Source of the DNA: Leptospiraceae bacterium
GTDB taxonomy: Bacteria; Spirochaetota; Leptospiria; Leptospirales; Leptonemataceae
Length of the DNA stretch: 64,000 bases
Reading direction: 5' to 3'
NCBI GenBank assembly: GCA_026005135.1
Contig: BPKM01000008.1
Coordinates: 20,250-84,249, forward strand
A program made the translations under genes and the position numbers. Within the stretch, counting starts at the first letter, position 1, and every line of letters starts with the position of its first letter. The notes beneath the pieces are model-generated. The model was not told the origin of the DNA, did not search any database, and saw only the letters and a program-made list of their open reading frames with translations. Of this stretch, positions 10,454 through 19,746 are shown piece by piece.

Positions 10454-13414
10454 ATGTCAGATATGAACAAGCTTTACCTACAAAATATTGTTGAAAGTGT
10501 TCAATGGAATGATTTACCCGCGGATTGGACTGATTTTAATTTATTTCGCTTTTCGAAAGAAAAAATGCTTTTTGATTATCAACAGAAAGCATTAAAAAAT
10601 GCGCTTATAGCCTTGTATAAATATTATGTGGAATTAAAGGGAAACAAAAAACAATTTCTTGATCTTTATAAAAATAATGGACTGGATGTAAATCAAAATA
10701 ATTTAGATATAAATTTAAAAAATAATCATAAAATCCAGACAATATATAAAGAATTTGATAAGGATTATACCATAGTAGAAAACGAAATAATTTCTTTTGA
10801 ACATTTTATCAATCGAATGAGTTTCTGGATGGCTACTGGAAGTGGAAAAACACTGATAATTGTTAAATTGATCGAATTACTTGCCAATCTAGTTCAAAAT
10901 AAACATATTCCGAATAAAAATATTTTGTTTTTAACTTACCGCGAAGATTTAATTGAACAATTTAAACTACATATAGAAGAATATAATGCCTCTAATCCAT
11001 CTATTACTATTAATCTAATAAATTTAAAAGAATACGAAGCACGAAAAAAGAATTCTGCATTAACCTTTTATAAAAGTATTGATGTCTTTTATTACAGAAG
11101 TGATTTAATTTCTGATGAACAAAAAGATAAAATCATTGACTTTAAAAATTATGACGATAATGGCAACTGGTATATTATACTTGATGAAGCCCATAAAGGA
11201 GATAAAGAAGAAAGTAAAAGACAACACTATTATTCTATCCTTTCACGAAATGGATTTTTATTTAATTTTTCTGCCACTTTTACAGATAAGATTGATTTTG
11301 TAACCTGTGTTTATAACTTTAATCTTGAACAATTTATCAAAAATGGCTATGGAAAACAAATTTATATTTCTCAAAGCGATATATCCGAATTAGCAAATAA
11401 GCAAGATTATAACGAAAAAGAAAAACAAATCATTATTATTAAATTACTACTTCTTTATACATATATCAATCAACAAAAATTAAATATAGATTCTATGTTT
11501 TATCATAAACCATTGCTTCTTACTCTTGTTAATTCTGTAAATACAGAAGATTCGGATTTATATTTATTTTTTAAAGAATTAGAAAGTATTGCAACAGGTA
11601 ATGGCAATATAGATGCTTTGTTACAAGCAAAAGAAGCATTAAAAAAGGATTTAACTCATAACTGCGAATTTACAGAAGAAAAAATCAACATAGATAATAA
11701 AAAAATTGATGATCTTGGCTTTGAAGATATTTTAAAAAATGTTTTTCATTCTACCACTTATGGAAAAATAGAAGTACTTAAAATTCCGGGAAATAAACAG
11801 GAAATCCTATTTAAACTAACAACAAGCGATAAACCTTTCGGACTTATTAAAATTGGAGATATATCAGAATGGATAAAAAATAAGCTATCAAATTACGAAA
11901 TTATTGAACGTTTCGAAAATGAAAGTCTTTTTAAAACGATCAATCAAGATGATTCCGATATTAACATTTTAATGGGATCTCGATCCTTTTACGAAGGATG
12001 GGATAGTAATCGTCCCAATATCTTATTATATATCAATATTGGAAAGGGAGCAGATGCTAAAAAATTTGTCTTACAATCCATAGGTCGAGGTATAAGAATA
12101 GAACCATTACCAAATAAACGAAAACGTATCCATTTTTTATTCAACAACAACGAAATATCCATAGAAAAATTCAAAGAAATAAAAGATATAGTAAAACCAC
12201 TTGAAACATTATTTGTCTATGGTACAAAAGCAGAAAATTTAAAAGAAGTAATGGAAACTCTTCAACAGGAAAAACAGGAAGAACCACTTGGCAATCTATT
12301 TGAAATCAATCCAGAAATTAATGACAAATTACTTTTAATTCCCGTTTATAAAAAATCTCCAAAAATCCTTGTAGAAGAAAAAAATATTATAAAATTTCCC
12401 ATACATCCTGAAGATTATAAATTAATAAAAAATTATTTTAATTATTTAAGCGAAAAAATATGCATAGTTAAATATGATTGTAGTGCAAAAATATTAGAAA
12501 ATACCAAAAAAGGATTTAATGGAAAAGAAAATGACTATTTTCAACTAAAAGAAGAAGAACCAGAAATAAAAAATCCGGATTTTTTATTAAAAAGAATTTT
12601 TCAACACTATAATAATAAAACAGAAGAATTTGATTCATTTAAAAAACTGGAAAAAGAAATTATACATTTTGAAAGGATAAGTATTTCGAAAGATAAATTA
12701 AATTCTTTACGAGAAAAAATCGAAAATGTAAAAAAATTAAAAGATAAAAATAAAATAAAAAGGGAACTTCAAGAAAAACTTAAAAAAAACGAAATTAATT
12801 TAGATGTTTATACACAAGAAATTGAAAATATTTCCGAAATAAAAGAAGAAGAAAAAATTTATAGTCCAAATGAAAAATTAAAAATTAAGTATTTAGCAAA
12901 TCATTATTATTTTCCTGTTATATTAGCACAATCCCAACAAATCAATTTTATCAAGCATATAATAAAGCATAAAAGCGAAATAGATTTTCTAAATAGCTTA
13001 GAAAACTATCTAATAGAAAAAGATAATTTCTTTAAACAATTTGATTGGTGGTATTTTTCTAAAATCGACGAAATACTGGATAATATTTATATACCTTATT
13101 ATAATCCCACAACAAACAGAATAGATAAATTTAAGCCCGATTTTATTTTCTGGTTAAAAAAAGATAACAATTATATAATATTATTTATTGATCCCAAAGG
13201 CACAGAGTATTCAGATGCATATAGGAAAATTGATGGATATTCGAGAATATTCGAAATAGAAGAAAATGGCAATAAAAAAGCAAAAATTCTAAATTATAAT
13301 GAATACAATATAAAAGTACTATTATTATTAAGAACTAATAACATAGCAAATGTTCCAAAAAATTATATAAACTACTGGTTTTCTAATATAAATGAAATTA
13401 AAAATTTTTTATAA
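10454..13414 (+). CDS. Type III Res-like SF2 (DEAH) helicase with C-terminal PD-(D/E)xK endonuclease motif.
   Basis: FDYQQKAL, MATGSGKTLI, ILDEAHKG, SATF, QSIGRGIRI, and a C-terminal KPDFIFW...LFIDPKGTEY. The second ATG at 10463 has better spacing from the GGAG at 10450-10453. Confidence 0.8.
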   Translation: MSDMNKLYLQNIVESVQWNDLPADWTDFNLFRFSKEKMLFDYQQKALKNALIALYKYYVELKGNKKQFLDLYKNNGLDVNQNNLDINLKNNHKIQTIYKEFDKDYTIVENEIISFEHFINRMSFWMATGSGKTLIIVKLIELLANLVQNKHIPNKNILFLTYREDLIEQFKLHIEEYNASNPSITINLINLKEYEARKKNSALTFYKSIDVFYYRSDLISDEQKDKIIDFKNYDDNGNWYIILDEAHKGDKEESKRQHYYSILSRNGFLFNFSATFTDKIDFVTCVYNFNLEQFIKNGYGKQIYISQSDISELANKQDYNEKEKQIIIIKLLLLYTYINQQKLNIDSMFYHKPLLLTLVNSVNTEDSDLYLFFKELESIATGNGNIDALLQAKEALKKDLTHNCEFTEEKINIDNKKIDDLGFEDILKNVFHSTTYGKIEVLKIPGNKQEILFKLTTSDKPFGLIKIGDISEWIKNKLSNYEIIERFENESLFKTINQDDSDINILMGSRSFYEGWDSNRPNILLYINIGKGADAKKFVLQSIGRGIRIEPLPNKRKRIHFLFNNNEISIEKFKEIKDIVKPLETLFVYGTKAENLKEVMETLQQEKQEEPLGNLFEINPEINDKLLLIPVYKKSPKILVEEKNIIKFPIHPEDYKLIKNYFNYLSEKICIVKYDCSAKILENTKKGFNGKENDYFQLKEEEPEIKNPDFLLKRIFQHYNNKTEEFDSFKKLEKEIIHFERISISKDKLNSLREKIENVKKLKDKNKIKRELQEKLKKNEINLDVYTQEIENISEIKEEEKIYSPNEKLKIKYLANHYYFPVILAQSQQINFIKHIIKHKSEIDFLNSLENYLIEKDNFFKQFDWWYFSKIDEILDNIYIPYYNPTTNRIDKFKPDFIFWLKKDNNYIILFIDPKGTEYSDAYRKIDGYSRIFEIEENGNKKAKILNYNEYNIKVLLLLRTNNIANVPKNYINYWFSNINEIKNFL

Positions 13415-13416
13415 CC

Positions 13417-13953
13417 CTACCAAATTTTATTAAAATCAAATTCTATTTTACATTCTTCTATGTTAAATATATATAAATTATTACTTATTGTCTCTTTTTT
13501 ATATTTTTTCCCTTTATGTTTATATATCTCTATGGATTTCTTTTTAGGTTCTACTATAACATAATATAATACCTTCTGCTCTTCGTATAGTTTATATTTG
13601 ATTTCTCTATCTTTCTTCTCTGTTGATTCTGATATTACTTCAAATATTATACTCGGTGCTTTTGTTATATAAGGCTTATCTTCTAAAGGATAACAGATTA
13701 CTAAATTATCTGGCTGGACTATTGTATATTCATCTATTTTCCAATCTACTGGTAGTAAGGCTATACATCTTTCGCATTGTTCTAAATATTTTTGTAATTC
13801 ATAATGAATGCTGCCAGAAATTTTTTGATGATAGGGATTAGGAGCAGGAGACATAGCATAAGGAATTCCTTCGATTAATTCCCAACGACCTTCCCATTGT
13901 AAATAATCATTATAACTATAACGAGGTATATCCTTTTTCTTTAATAAAGGCAT
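13417..13953 (-). CDS. Uma2-family (DUF820, PD-(D/E)xK-like) putative endonuclease, copy A.
   Basis: The 178-aa product has the typical Uma2 N-terminus (YLQWEGRWELIEGIPYAMSPAPNPYHQKI) and core (VQPDNLVI...PSIIFEVISEST). Convergent with res; the stops are 2 nt apart. Confidence 0.7.
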   Translation of the reverse strand: MPLLKKKDIPRYSYNDYLQWEGRWELIEGIPYAMSPAPNPYHQKISGSIHYELQKYLEQCERCIALLPVDWKIDEYTIVQPDNLVICYPLEDKPYITKAPSIIFEVISESTEKKDREIKYKLYEEQKVLYYVIVEPKKKSIEIYKHKGKKYKKETISNNLYIFNIEECKIEFDFNKIW

Positions 13954-14018
13954 ATTTTTATAATATATCTTTTTTATAATTAGTCAAACTAATTTTTTGT
14001 ATATATGAACTTATAAAT

Positions 14019-14555
14019 CTACCAAATTTTATTAAAATCAAATTCTATTTTACATTCTTCTATGTTAAATATATATAAATTATTACTTATTGTCTCTTTT
14101 TTATATTTTCTACCATTATGTTTATATATCTCTATGGATTTCTTTTTAGGATCTACTATAACATAATATAATACCTTCTGTTCTTCGTATAGTTTATATT
14201 TGATTTCTCTATCTTTCTTCTCTGTTGATTCTGATATTACTTCAAATATTATACTCGGTGCTTTTGTTATATAAGGCTTATCTTCTAAAGGATAACAGAT
14301 TACTAAATTATCTGGCTGGACTATTGTATATTCATCTATTTTCCAATCTACTGGTAATAAGGCTATACATTTTTCACATCGTTCAAGTGCTATATTTAAA
14401 ATCGTATTAATTTTACTACTAATTTTTTGATGATAGGGATTAGGAGCAGGAGACATAGCATAAGGAATTCCTTCGATTAATTCCCAACGACCTTCCCATT
14501 GTAAATAATCATTATAATTATAACGAGGTATATCTTTTTTCTTTAATAAAGGCAT
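14019..14555 (-). CDS. Uma2-family (DUF820) putative endonuclease, copy B.
   Basis: Same length as copy A. It is near-identical except for residues 47-62 and four scattered substitutions. Confidence 0.7.
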   Translation of the reverse strand: MPLLKKKDIPRYNYNDYLQWEGRWELIEGIPYAMSPAPNPYHQKISSKINTILNIALERCEKCIALLPVDWKIDEYTIVQPDNLVICYPLEDKPYITKAPSIIFEVISESTEKKDREIKYKLYEEQKVLYYVIVDPKKKSIEIYKHNGRKYKKETISNNLYIFNIEECKIEFDFNKIW

Positions 14556-14598
14556 ATTTTTATATTATATTTTTTTTATAATTAGTCAAGTTGATTTT

Positions 14599-15858
14599 TT
14601 ATATCAATATTTCTTTATAGATTAAGTCTTCGTAAGTTTCTCTTTTCCGAATTAGTTTTATTTTTTTATTTCTATCTATCAATACTTCTGCCGGGCGAGG
14701 TCTACTATTATATTGAGAAGACATTACAAATCCATATGCCCCTGTTGTTAATATTGCAAAATAATCATTTTCTTTTAATTGAGGTAATTGCCGATCTCTT
14801 GCAAAGAAATCTCCAGTCTCGCATACAGGACCTACAATATCAACATTTCGATTAAAATCTGTACTTTCAATTAAAGGTAAAATTTCATGATATGCCTGAT
14901 ACAAAGAAGGACGAATTAAATCATTCATCGCACCATCAACAATATAAAAAAGTTTATGATAATTTTCTTTTATATATAGAATTTTAGTAAGAAATATACC
15001 TGCAGGTCCTATAATACTTCTTCCTGGCTCTAATAAAATAGTAGTATCTTTTAGTTCATTCCATGGTAAAATAGAAATTATGGATCGTACAAATTCTTCT
15101 GGTTCTGGTGGGTTTTCGTTTTTATATCGAATTCCAAGTCCTCCACCGATATCTAAAAATTTTAATGTTTTATATTTTTTAAATGTTTCTATAAAAAATT
15201 TTGATTTTTCTGCTGCTTCCAGTTTTGAAGAAATATCAACAATTTGAGAACCTATATGATAACCAAATCCTAACAGTTCAACATTTTTTAAGTCTAATGC
15301 TAATTTTACCACATTTTCAAATAAATTAGAAGATATGCCAAATTTATTCTCTTTTAAACCCGTAGAAATATAAGGATGCGTTTTAGGATCTATATCTGGA
15401 TTTACACGTATGCTAACTGGTGCTATTTTTTGTAAGGAATGAGCTATTTCATTAATTTTTTTTAATTCACTTATGGATTCTACACTAAATAACATAATAT
15501 CTTCTTTTAATGCATATTCAATCTCTTCTTCTGTCTTACCCACACCAGAAAATACAATTTTATTTGCTGGCATATTGGCTTTAATACATCGAAAAAGTTC
15601 TCCACCACTTACAATATCTGCACCCAATCCTTCTTTTAACATAATTTTTATAATTGATAAATTAGAATTTGCTTTAACAGAATAACATAATTGTACTGGA
15701 TAATTTTGTATACCCCTCTTATAAGATTCAATTCTTTTTAAGATTATATCTTCGGAATAAACATATAATGGAGTTTTATAATTATTTACAACTTCATTTA
15801 AAGGTACATCAGAAAAATGTAATATTCCTTTGATATACTGAATACCCGGAAATTCCAT
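14599..15858 (-). CDS. lysA: Diaminopimelate decarboxylase.
   Basis: PLP-dependent Orn/DAP/Arg decarboxylase motifs: YSVKANSN, GGGLGI, CETGDFF, GAYGFVMSSQYNSRPRPAEV. Confidence 0.85.
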   Translation of the reverse strand: MEFPGIQYIKGILHFSDVPLNEVVNNYKTPLYVYSEDIILKRIESYKRGIQNYPVQLCYSVKANSNLSIIKIMLKEGLGADIVSGGELFRCIKANMPANKIVFSGVGKTEEEIEYALKEDIMLFSVESISELKKINEIAHSLQKIAPVSIRVNPDIDPKTHPYISTGLKENKFGISSNLFENVVKLALDLKNVELLGFGYHIGSQIVDISSKLEAAEKSKFFIETFKKYKTLKFLDIGGGLGIRYKNENPPEPEEFVRSIISILPWNELKDTTILLEPGRSIIGPAGIFLTKILYIKENYHKLFYIVDGAMNDLIRPSLYQAYHEILPLIESTDFNRNVDIVGPVCETGDFFARDRQLPQLKENDYFAILTTGAYGFVMSSQYNSRPRPAEVLIDRNKKIKLIRKRETYEDLIYKEILI

Positions 15859-15991
15859 AAATCCTAATTTTTTAAAAACTTCTTACAGGATAGTTATTTT
15901 TATTTTACTAATATATATTTTAAATTTACCGATTATCATATATAATAAAAAAAGGTTTACAACTATTTAAAAATTGATATCATTAACAACT

Positions 15992-16801
15992 ATGAATTTA
16001 AAATATATTTTAGGATTTTTATTTTCTTGTTTATTTTTCATTGAGCTTTATGGAGAAGGTCCCTATCATAATGATGATTATGTAATTCCAGATACAGAAA
16101 TAGAAAAAGAATCTGAATTAAACTGGAAAGATTATGACATTCCAGATACATTTCCAGAATTACAAATTCTTGACCAATTAGATCCCAAAAAATCAGAGAA
16201 ATATTTAAAATCTGCTAAAAAAAATTATGATATTGCTTTAAAAATCATAAAAGAATCTAAAAAAGAAGCACAAACAGTACCAGATAAATACAAGCATTTA
16301 CCAGAAACACACTACTGGCAAATACAAGAAAAAGAAGAAAAAATTAAAAAAAAACAAAACGAAATTATGACCGAAGCATATCAAAAAGCTAAGATCTATG
16401 TAATAAAAGGATTACAGGATTTAGAAAAAATTAAAGCACATAAAATATTACAGACTGAATATTATATCAATTTAAAAAGTAATTTATTAAGACACTATGT
16501 ATTATTACAACTTTCTTTAAAAGATGTTTCTGGAATTATCCATACAATAGAAGAATATTTTAGTTTAAAAGACAGCCATAAAGAAGAAGCACAACCCTAT
16601 AAAATCCTCGCTTATTGTTATCAATATTTAGAAAAAATATCGGAAAAATCTCATGCAAGTGAAGAAATTGTTTTACAATATAGAAAATTAAAATATAAAA
16701 ATTTATTACAATTTGTAATTTTAAAATATGGTAAAAATTCACCTCAATATAACTATTTAAAAAAAGAAATTGAACGTCAAATGATAAATGATATTTTATA
16801 A
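15992..16801 (+). CDS. Hypothetical secreted protein, helical and K/E-rich.
   Basis: ATG 15992 gives MNLKYILGFLFSCLFFIELYG, a signal-like N-terminus. Long ORF with no recognised domain. Confidence 0.55.
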   Translation: MNLKYILGFLFSCLFFIELYGEGPYHNDDYVIPDTEIEKESELNWKDYDIPDTFPELQILDQLDPKKSEKYLKSAKKNYDIALKIIKESKKEAQTVPDKYKHLPETHYWQIQEKEEKIKKKQNEIMTEAYQKAKIYVIKGLQDLEKIKAHKILQTEYYINLKSNLLRHYVLLQLSLKDVSGIIHTIEEYFSLKDSHKEEAQPYKILAYCYQYLEKISEKSHASEEIVLQYRKLKYKNLLQFVILKYGKNSPQYNYLKKEIERQMINDIL

Positions 16802-16804
16802 CCA

Positions 16805-19246
16805 GTGAATCAAAAAACATATTCAAAATATGGTTATATAAAAAGTTTAACTCCTTTTTTTTATCCAGAAAGTATTGGAATACTCAATGCAAAAAATGAA
16901 TTATCAAAAAGAATTATTAAAAATTTGATTGAAAATCCTTTTGGAGGTATTCTTTATCCTATCAACAAAGAAAATGATCACGTATTAGGAATTAAATGTT
17001 ATCATTCTTTAAAAGAAATTGATGATAAAATAGATCTTCTCATTATAACAGAAGATTATCCTGAAGCTTTTAATTGTATTCAGGAATGTATAGAGCAAAA
17101 GGACAAAATTAAAACAATCCTGATGCTTTCTTCTGGATTTAGAGAAAATAGTAAAATTTATGAATCATTAAAAAAGAATTTCCTTTCTATTCTTAGACAT
17201 CATAATATACGCCTTATTGGACCAAATTCAACTGGCATTATTATACCACATCTTAATTTAAATATTAGCCCATTACCCATAAAATTAAAATCCGGAAATA
17301 TTGCATTTTTAACGCAAAGTGGTAGTCTTGGTTCATCAATCATAGACTGGTCTTTATCCAGAAATATTGGTTTTAGTGCTTATGTTAATGCTGGTTCTTC
17401 TATAGATGTTAATTTAGGAGAATTAATCGATTATTTTGGTCATGATGCGTATACAAAAAGTATTATAATTTATTTAGAAACTTTAAGATATCCTTCGAAT
17501 TTTCTTTCTGCTGCAAGAGAAATTGCCTTAAGTAAACCTGTTATAGTTCTAAAGTCTGGTAAATATTTATTAACTCAAAACATTATTAAAGAACGTTCTG
17601 GTTATCCTATTAAAGATGAAATTCTAAATGCTGCTTTTCGCCGCTCTGGTATTTTACGTGTAAAAAATATCGAAGACTTATTCTATATGGCAGAAATTCT
17701 TTCAGAGCAAGAAATACCTAAAAATAATCGTTTAGCTATTATTTCAAATGGAACTGGACCTACTTTACTGGCACTGGATAAATATTTAGAATTAGGAGGT
17801 AAAATTCATCATTTTGAACCTTCTACAATCCAAACTTTAAAAAAAGAAAATTTAAAAAAAATAAAAAATCCTTTAATAGTACCTTATGATATTCCCATTG
17901 AACAATTAATAAAAATTATTTATGCAATTGATAATGATACTAATCAAGATGGTATCTTATTAATTCTTGCTCCCTACTCTTCATTTGATTATCAATTATT
18001 ATGTGAAAAGATCATCCAGATAAAACAAAAAATACAAAAACCATTTTTAGTATGTTTAATGGGAGGATTTTCTATTTCAAGATATATTCGTATATTACAA
18101 GAAAATCATATTCCTACATTTGAATATCCTGATCTTGCCATAAAAATTTTTAATTATATGTATAAATATTATTATTCTATAAGAGCACTATACGAAACTC
18201 CTTATCCTATCGATACCCAAAAATTCGACTACCTTAAAATTTTAGAATTCATTTCTAAAAAAGAAAAAATCATCGATAAAAATTCGATTATTTTAAATAA
18301 CGAAGAAAGTTTAAACTTTTTAAGTTATGCAAGATTTCATATCAATCCATATAAACAAACCAATGAACCCATACAAATTGGTTGCTTTATAAATCCTGTA
18401 CTTGGTCCTATTATATTTTATAAAATTAAAACTTATTCTTTGTCTATTTACAATTATGGTTTAGTTCCACTAAATTCTACACTTGCTAAGCGTATGATAG
18501 AATCATCACCCGGATACAACTTTATAGAAAAGAAAAAAGATTTAATTAAAATATTAGAAATGCTTCTTGTTCATTTAAATGATTTTATCTTAGAATTTCC
18601 CCAAATTAAATATATTAATTTTTATGCTAATATAGAAAATAATTCTTACAATATTTTTAAATGTAAAGTAATTTTATATCATCCTAAAATATTTATTCAA
18701 GAATATAAACCTCCTGTTATTCGTCCTTATCCCAAACAATATATAGAACCATTTACTTTAAAAAATAATAAAAAAATTATAATAAGACCAATCAAACCAG
18801 AAGATGAACCATTAATAATTAAATTCCACCATGAGTTATCAGAAAGAAGTGTATATCAAAGATATTTACAACCCTTAGATTTAAAACATCGTATTACACA
18901 TGAAAGATTAATCAAAATATGTTTTTTAGACTATGATAGAGAAATAGCTATTATAGCATTAGATCCAGAAGAGAATAAAATTCTTGGAGTTGGACGACTT
19001 TCTCATCATCCTTATACGAAAGAATCTGAATTTGCAATCATTATTGCTGATAAATATCAAGGTTTAGGCTTAGGAAAAAAATTATTATCCAAATTATTAG
19101 AAATAGGAAAAAAAGAAAATAAAGAAATCATTTATGGTATAATCTTAAAAGAAAATATTCCAATGATTAAAGTCTGTGAAAAATTGGGATTTTCTATCAA
19201 GACTCTTGACGAAGAACTTGTAAAAGCTGAAATTCATTTAAAATAA
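16805..19246 (+). CDS. Pat-like protein lysine acetyltransferase (ADP-forming acetyl-CoA synthetase-like domains plus C-terminal GNAT).
   Basis: CoA-binding/succinyl-CoA-synthetase-like N-terminal region (RLIGPNSTGII, FLTQSGSLG). C-terminal GNAT motif is QGLGLGKKLL. GTG start. Confidence 0.75.
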   Translation: MNQKTYSKYGYIKSLTPFFYPESIGILNAKNELSKRIIKNLIENPFGGILYPINKENDHVLGIKCYHSLKEIDDKIDLLIITEDYPEAFNCIQECIEQKDKIKTILMLSSGFRENSKIYESLKKNFLSILRHHNIRLIGPNSTGIIIPHLNLNISPLPIKLKSGNIAFLTQSGSLGSSIIDWSLSRNIGFSAYVNAGSSIDVNLGELIDYFGHDAYTKSIIIYLETLRYPSNFLSAAREIALSKPVIVLKSGKYLLTQNIIKERSGYPIKDEILNAAFRRSGILRVKNIEDLFYMAEILSEQEIPKNNRLAIISNGTGPTLLALDKYLELGGKIHHFEPSTIQTLKKENLKKIKNPLIVPYDIPIEQLIKIIYAIDNDTNQDGILLILAPYSSFDYQLLCEKIIQIKQKIQKPFLVCLMGGFSISRYIRILQENHIPTFEYPDLAIKIFNYMYKYYYSIRALYETPYPIDTQKFDYLKILEFISKKEKIIDKNSIILNNEESLNFLSYARFHINPYKQTNEPIQIGCFINPVLGPIIFYKIKTYSLSIYNYGLVPLNSTLAKRMIESSPGYNFIEKKKDLIKILEMLLVHLNDFILEFPQIKYINFYANIENNSYNIFKCKVILYHPKIFIQEYKPPVIRPYPKQYIEPFTLKNNKKIIIRPIKPEDEPLIIKFHHELSERSVYQRYLQPLDLKHRITHERLIKICFLDYDREIAIIALDPEENKILGVGRLSHHPYTKESEFAIIIADKYQGLGLGKKLLSKLLEIGKKENKEIIYGIILKENIPMIKVCEKLGFSIKTLDEELVKAEIHLK

Positions 19247-19282
19247 TTCTTTATTTTAAACAATTATGTCGATATTTTTTAT

Positions 19283-19666
19283 ATGAGTATTAAAAATGTT
19301 TTAAAATGGATAATGGGTTTTTTTTATATTTTTGCTGGAATTTTACATTTTAAAATACCAGAATTTTATGTAAAGATAATGCCTTCTTATTTACCTTATC
19401 ATTTTGAATTAGTTTATCTTTCTGGGTTTTTTGAAATTTTATTAGGTGCTCTATTTTTAATACCAAAATATACAAAAATAGCAGCATGGGGCATTATTTT
19501 ATTATTAATAGCTGTATTTCCAGCAAATATAAATATGGCAATTCATCATATCGTACCTTCCTCTATGGAAAATCTTTCTTATACTACACAACAGATAATT
19601 TTATGGGCGAGATTACCTTTTCAAGGAATTCTAATTTTATGGGCATATTGGTACACAAAAGAATGA
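19283..19666 (+). CDS. DoxX-like small integral membrane protein.
   Basis: 127 aa with four hydrophobic helices. The N-terminus FYIFAGILHFKIPEFY is typical of DoxX-like proteins. Confidence 0.55.
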   Translation: MSIKNVLKWIMGFFYIFAGILHFKIPEFYVKIMPSYLPYHFELVYLSGFFEILLGALFLIPKYTKIAAWGIILLLIAVFPANINMAIHHIVPSSMENLSYTTQQIILWARLPFQGILILWAYWYTKE

Positions 19667-19746
19667 TAATGGTCAAATGTTTTATTAATTCCAAAAAATA
19701 AAATTTTTGTTTACATATTATAATCAAAAAAAATTATTATTGAATT

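Larger units (their letters stand above)
13417..14592. repeat. Tandem direct duplication, two units with a 602-bp period, each holding one Uma2 gene and its upstream region.
   Basis: CTACCAAATTTTATTAAAATCAAATTC starts both units (13417 and 14019). The upstream TATAATTAGTCAA block recurs at about 13975 and about 14577. Confidence 0.85.

Noticed and set aside
6118-13414. Phase-variable simple-sequence repeats in mod or res.
   Set aside because: I saw only A/T homopolymers of at most 8 nt (for example near 8231-8250 and 12781-12789). These are as common everywhere in this AT-rich window, and there are no tetra- or pentanucleotide repeat tracts.
13417-14592. Whether the repeated region could be a CRISPR array or other short-period repeat.
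   Set aside because: It consists of only two units with a 602-bp period, and each encodes a full-length protein. No 25-40-bp repeat/spacer structure exists here or anywhere else that I scanned.
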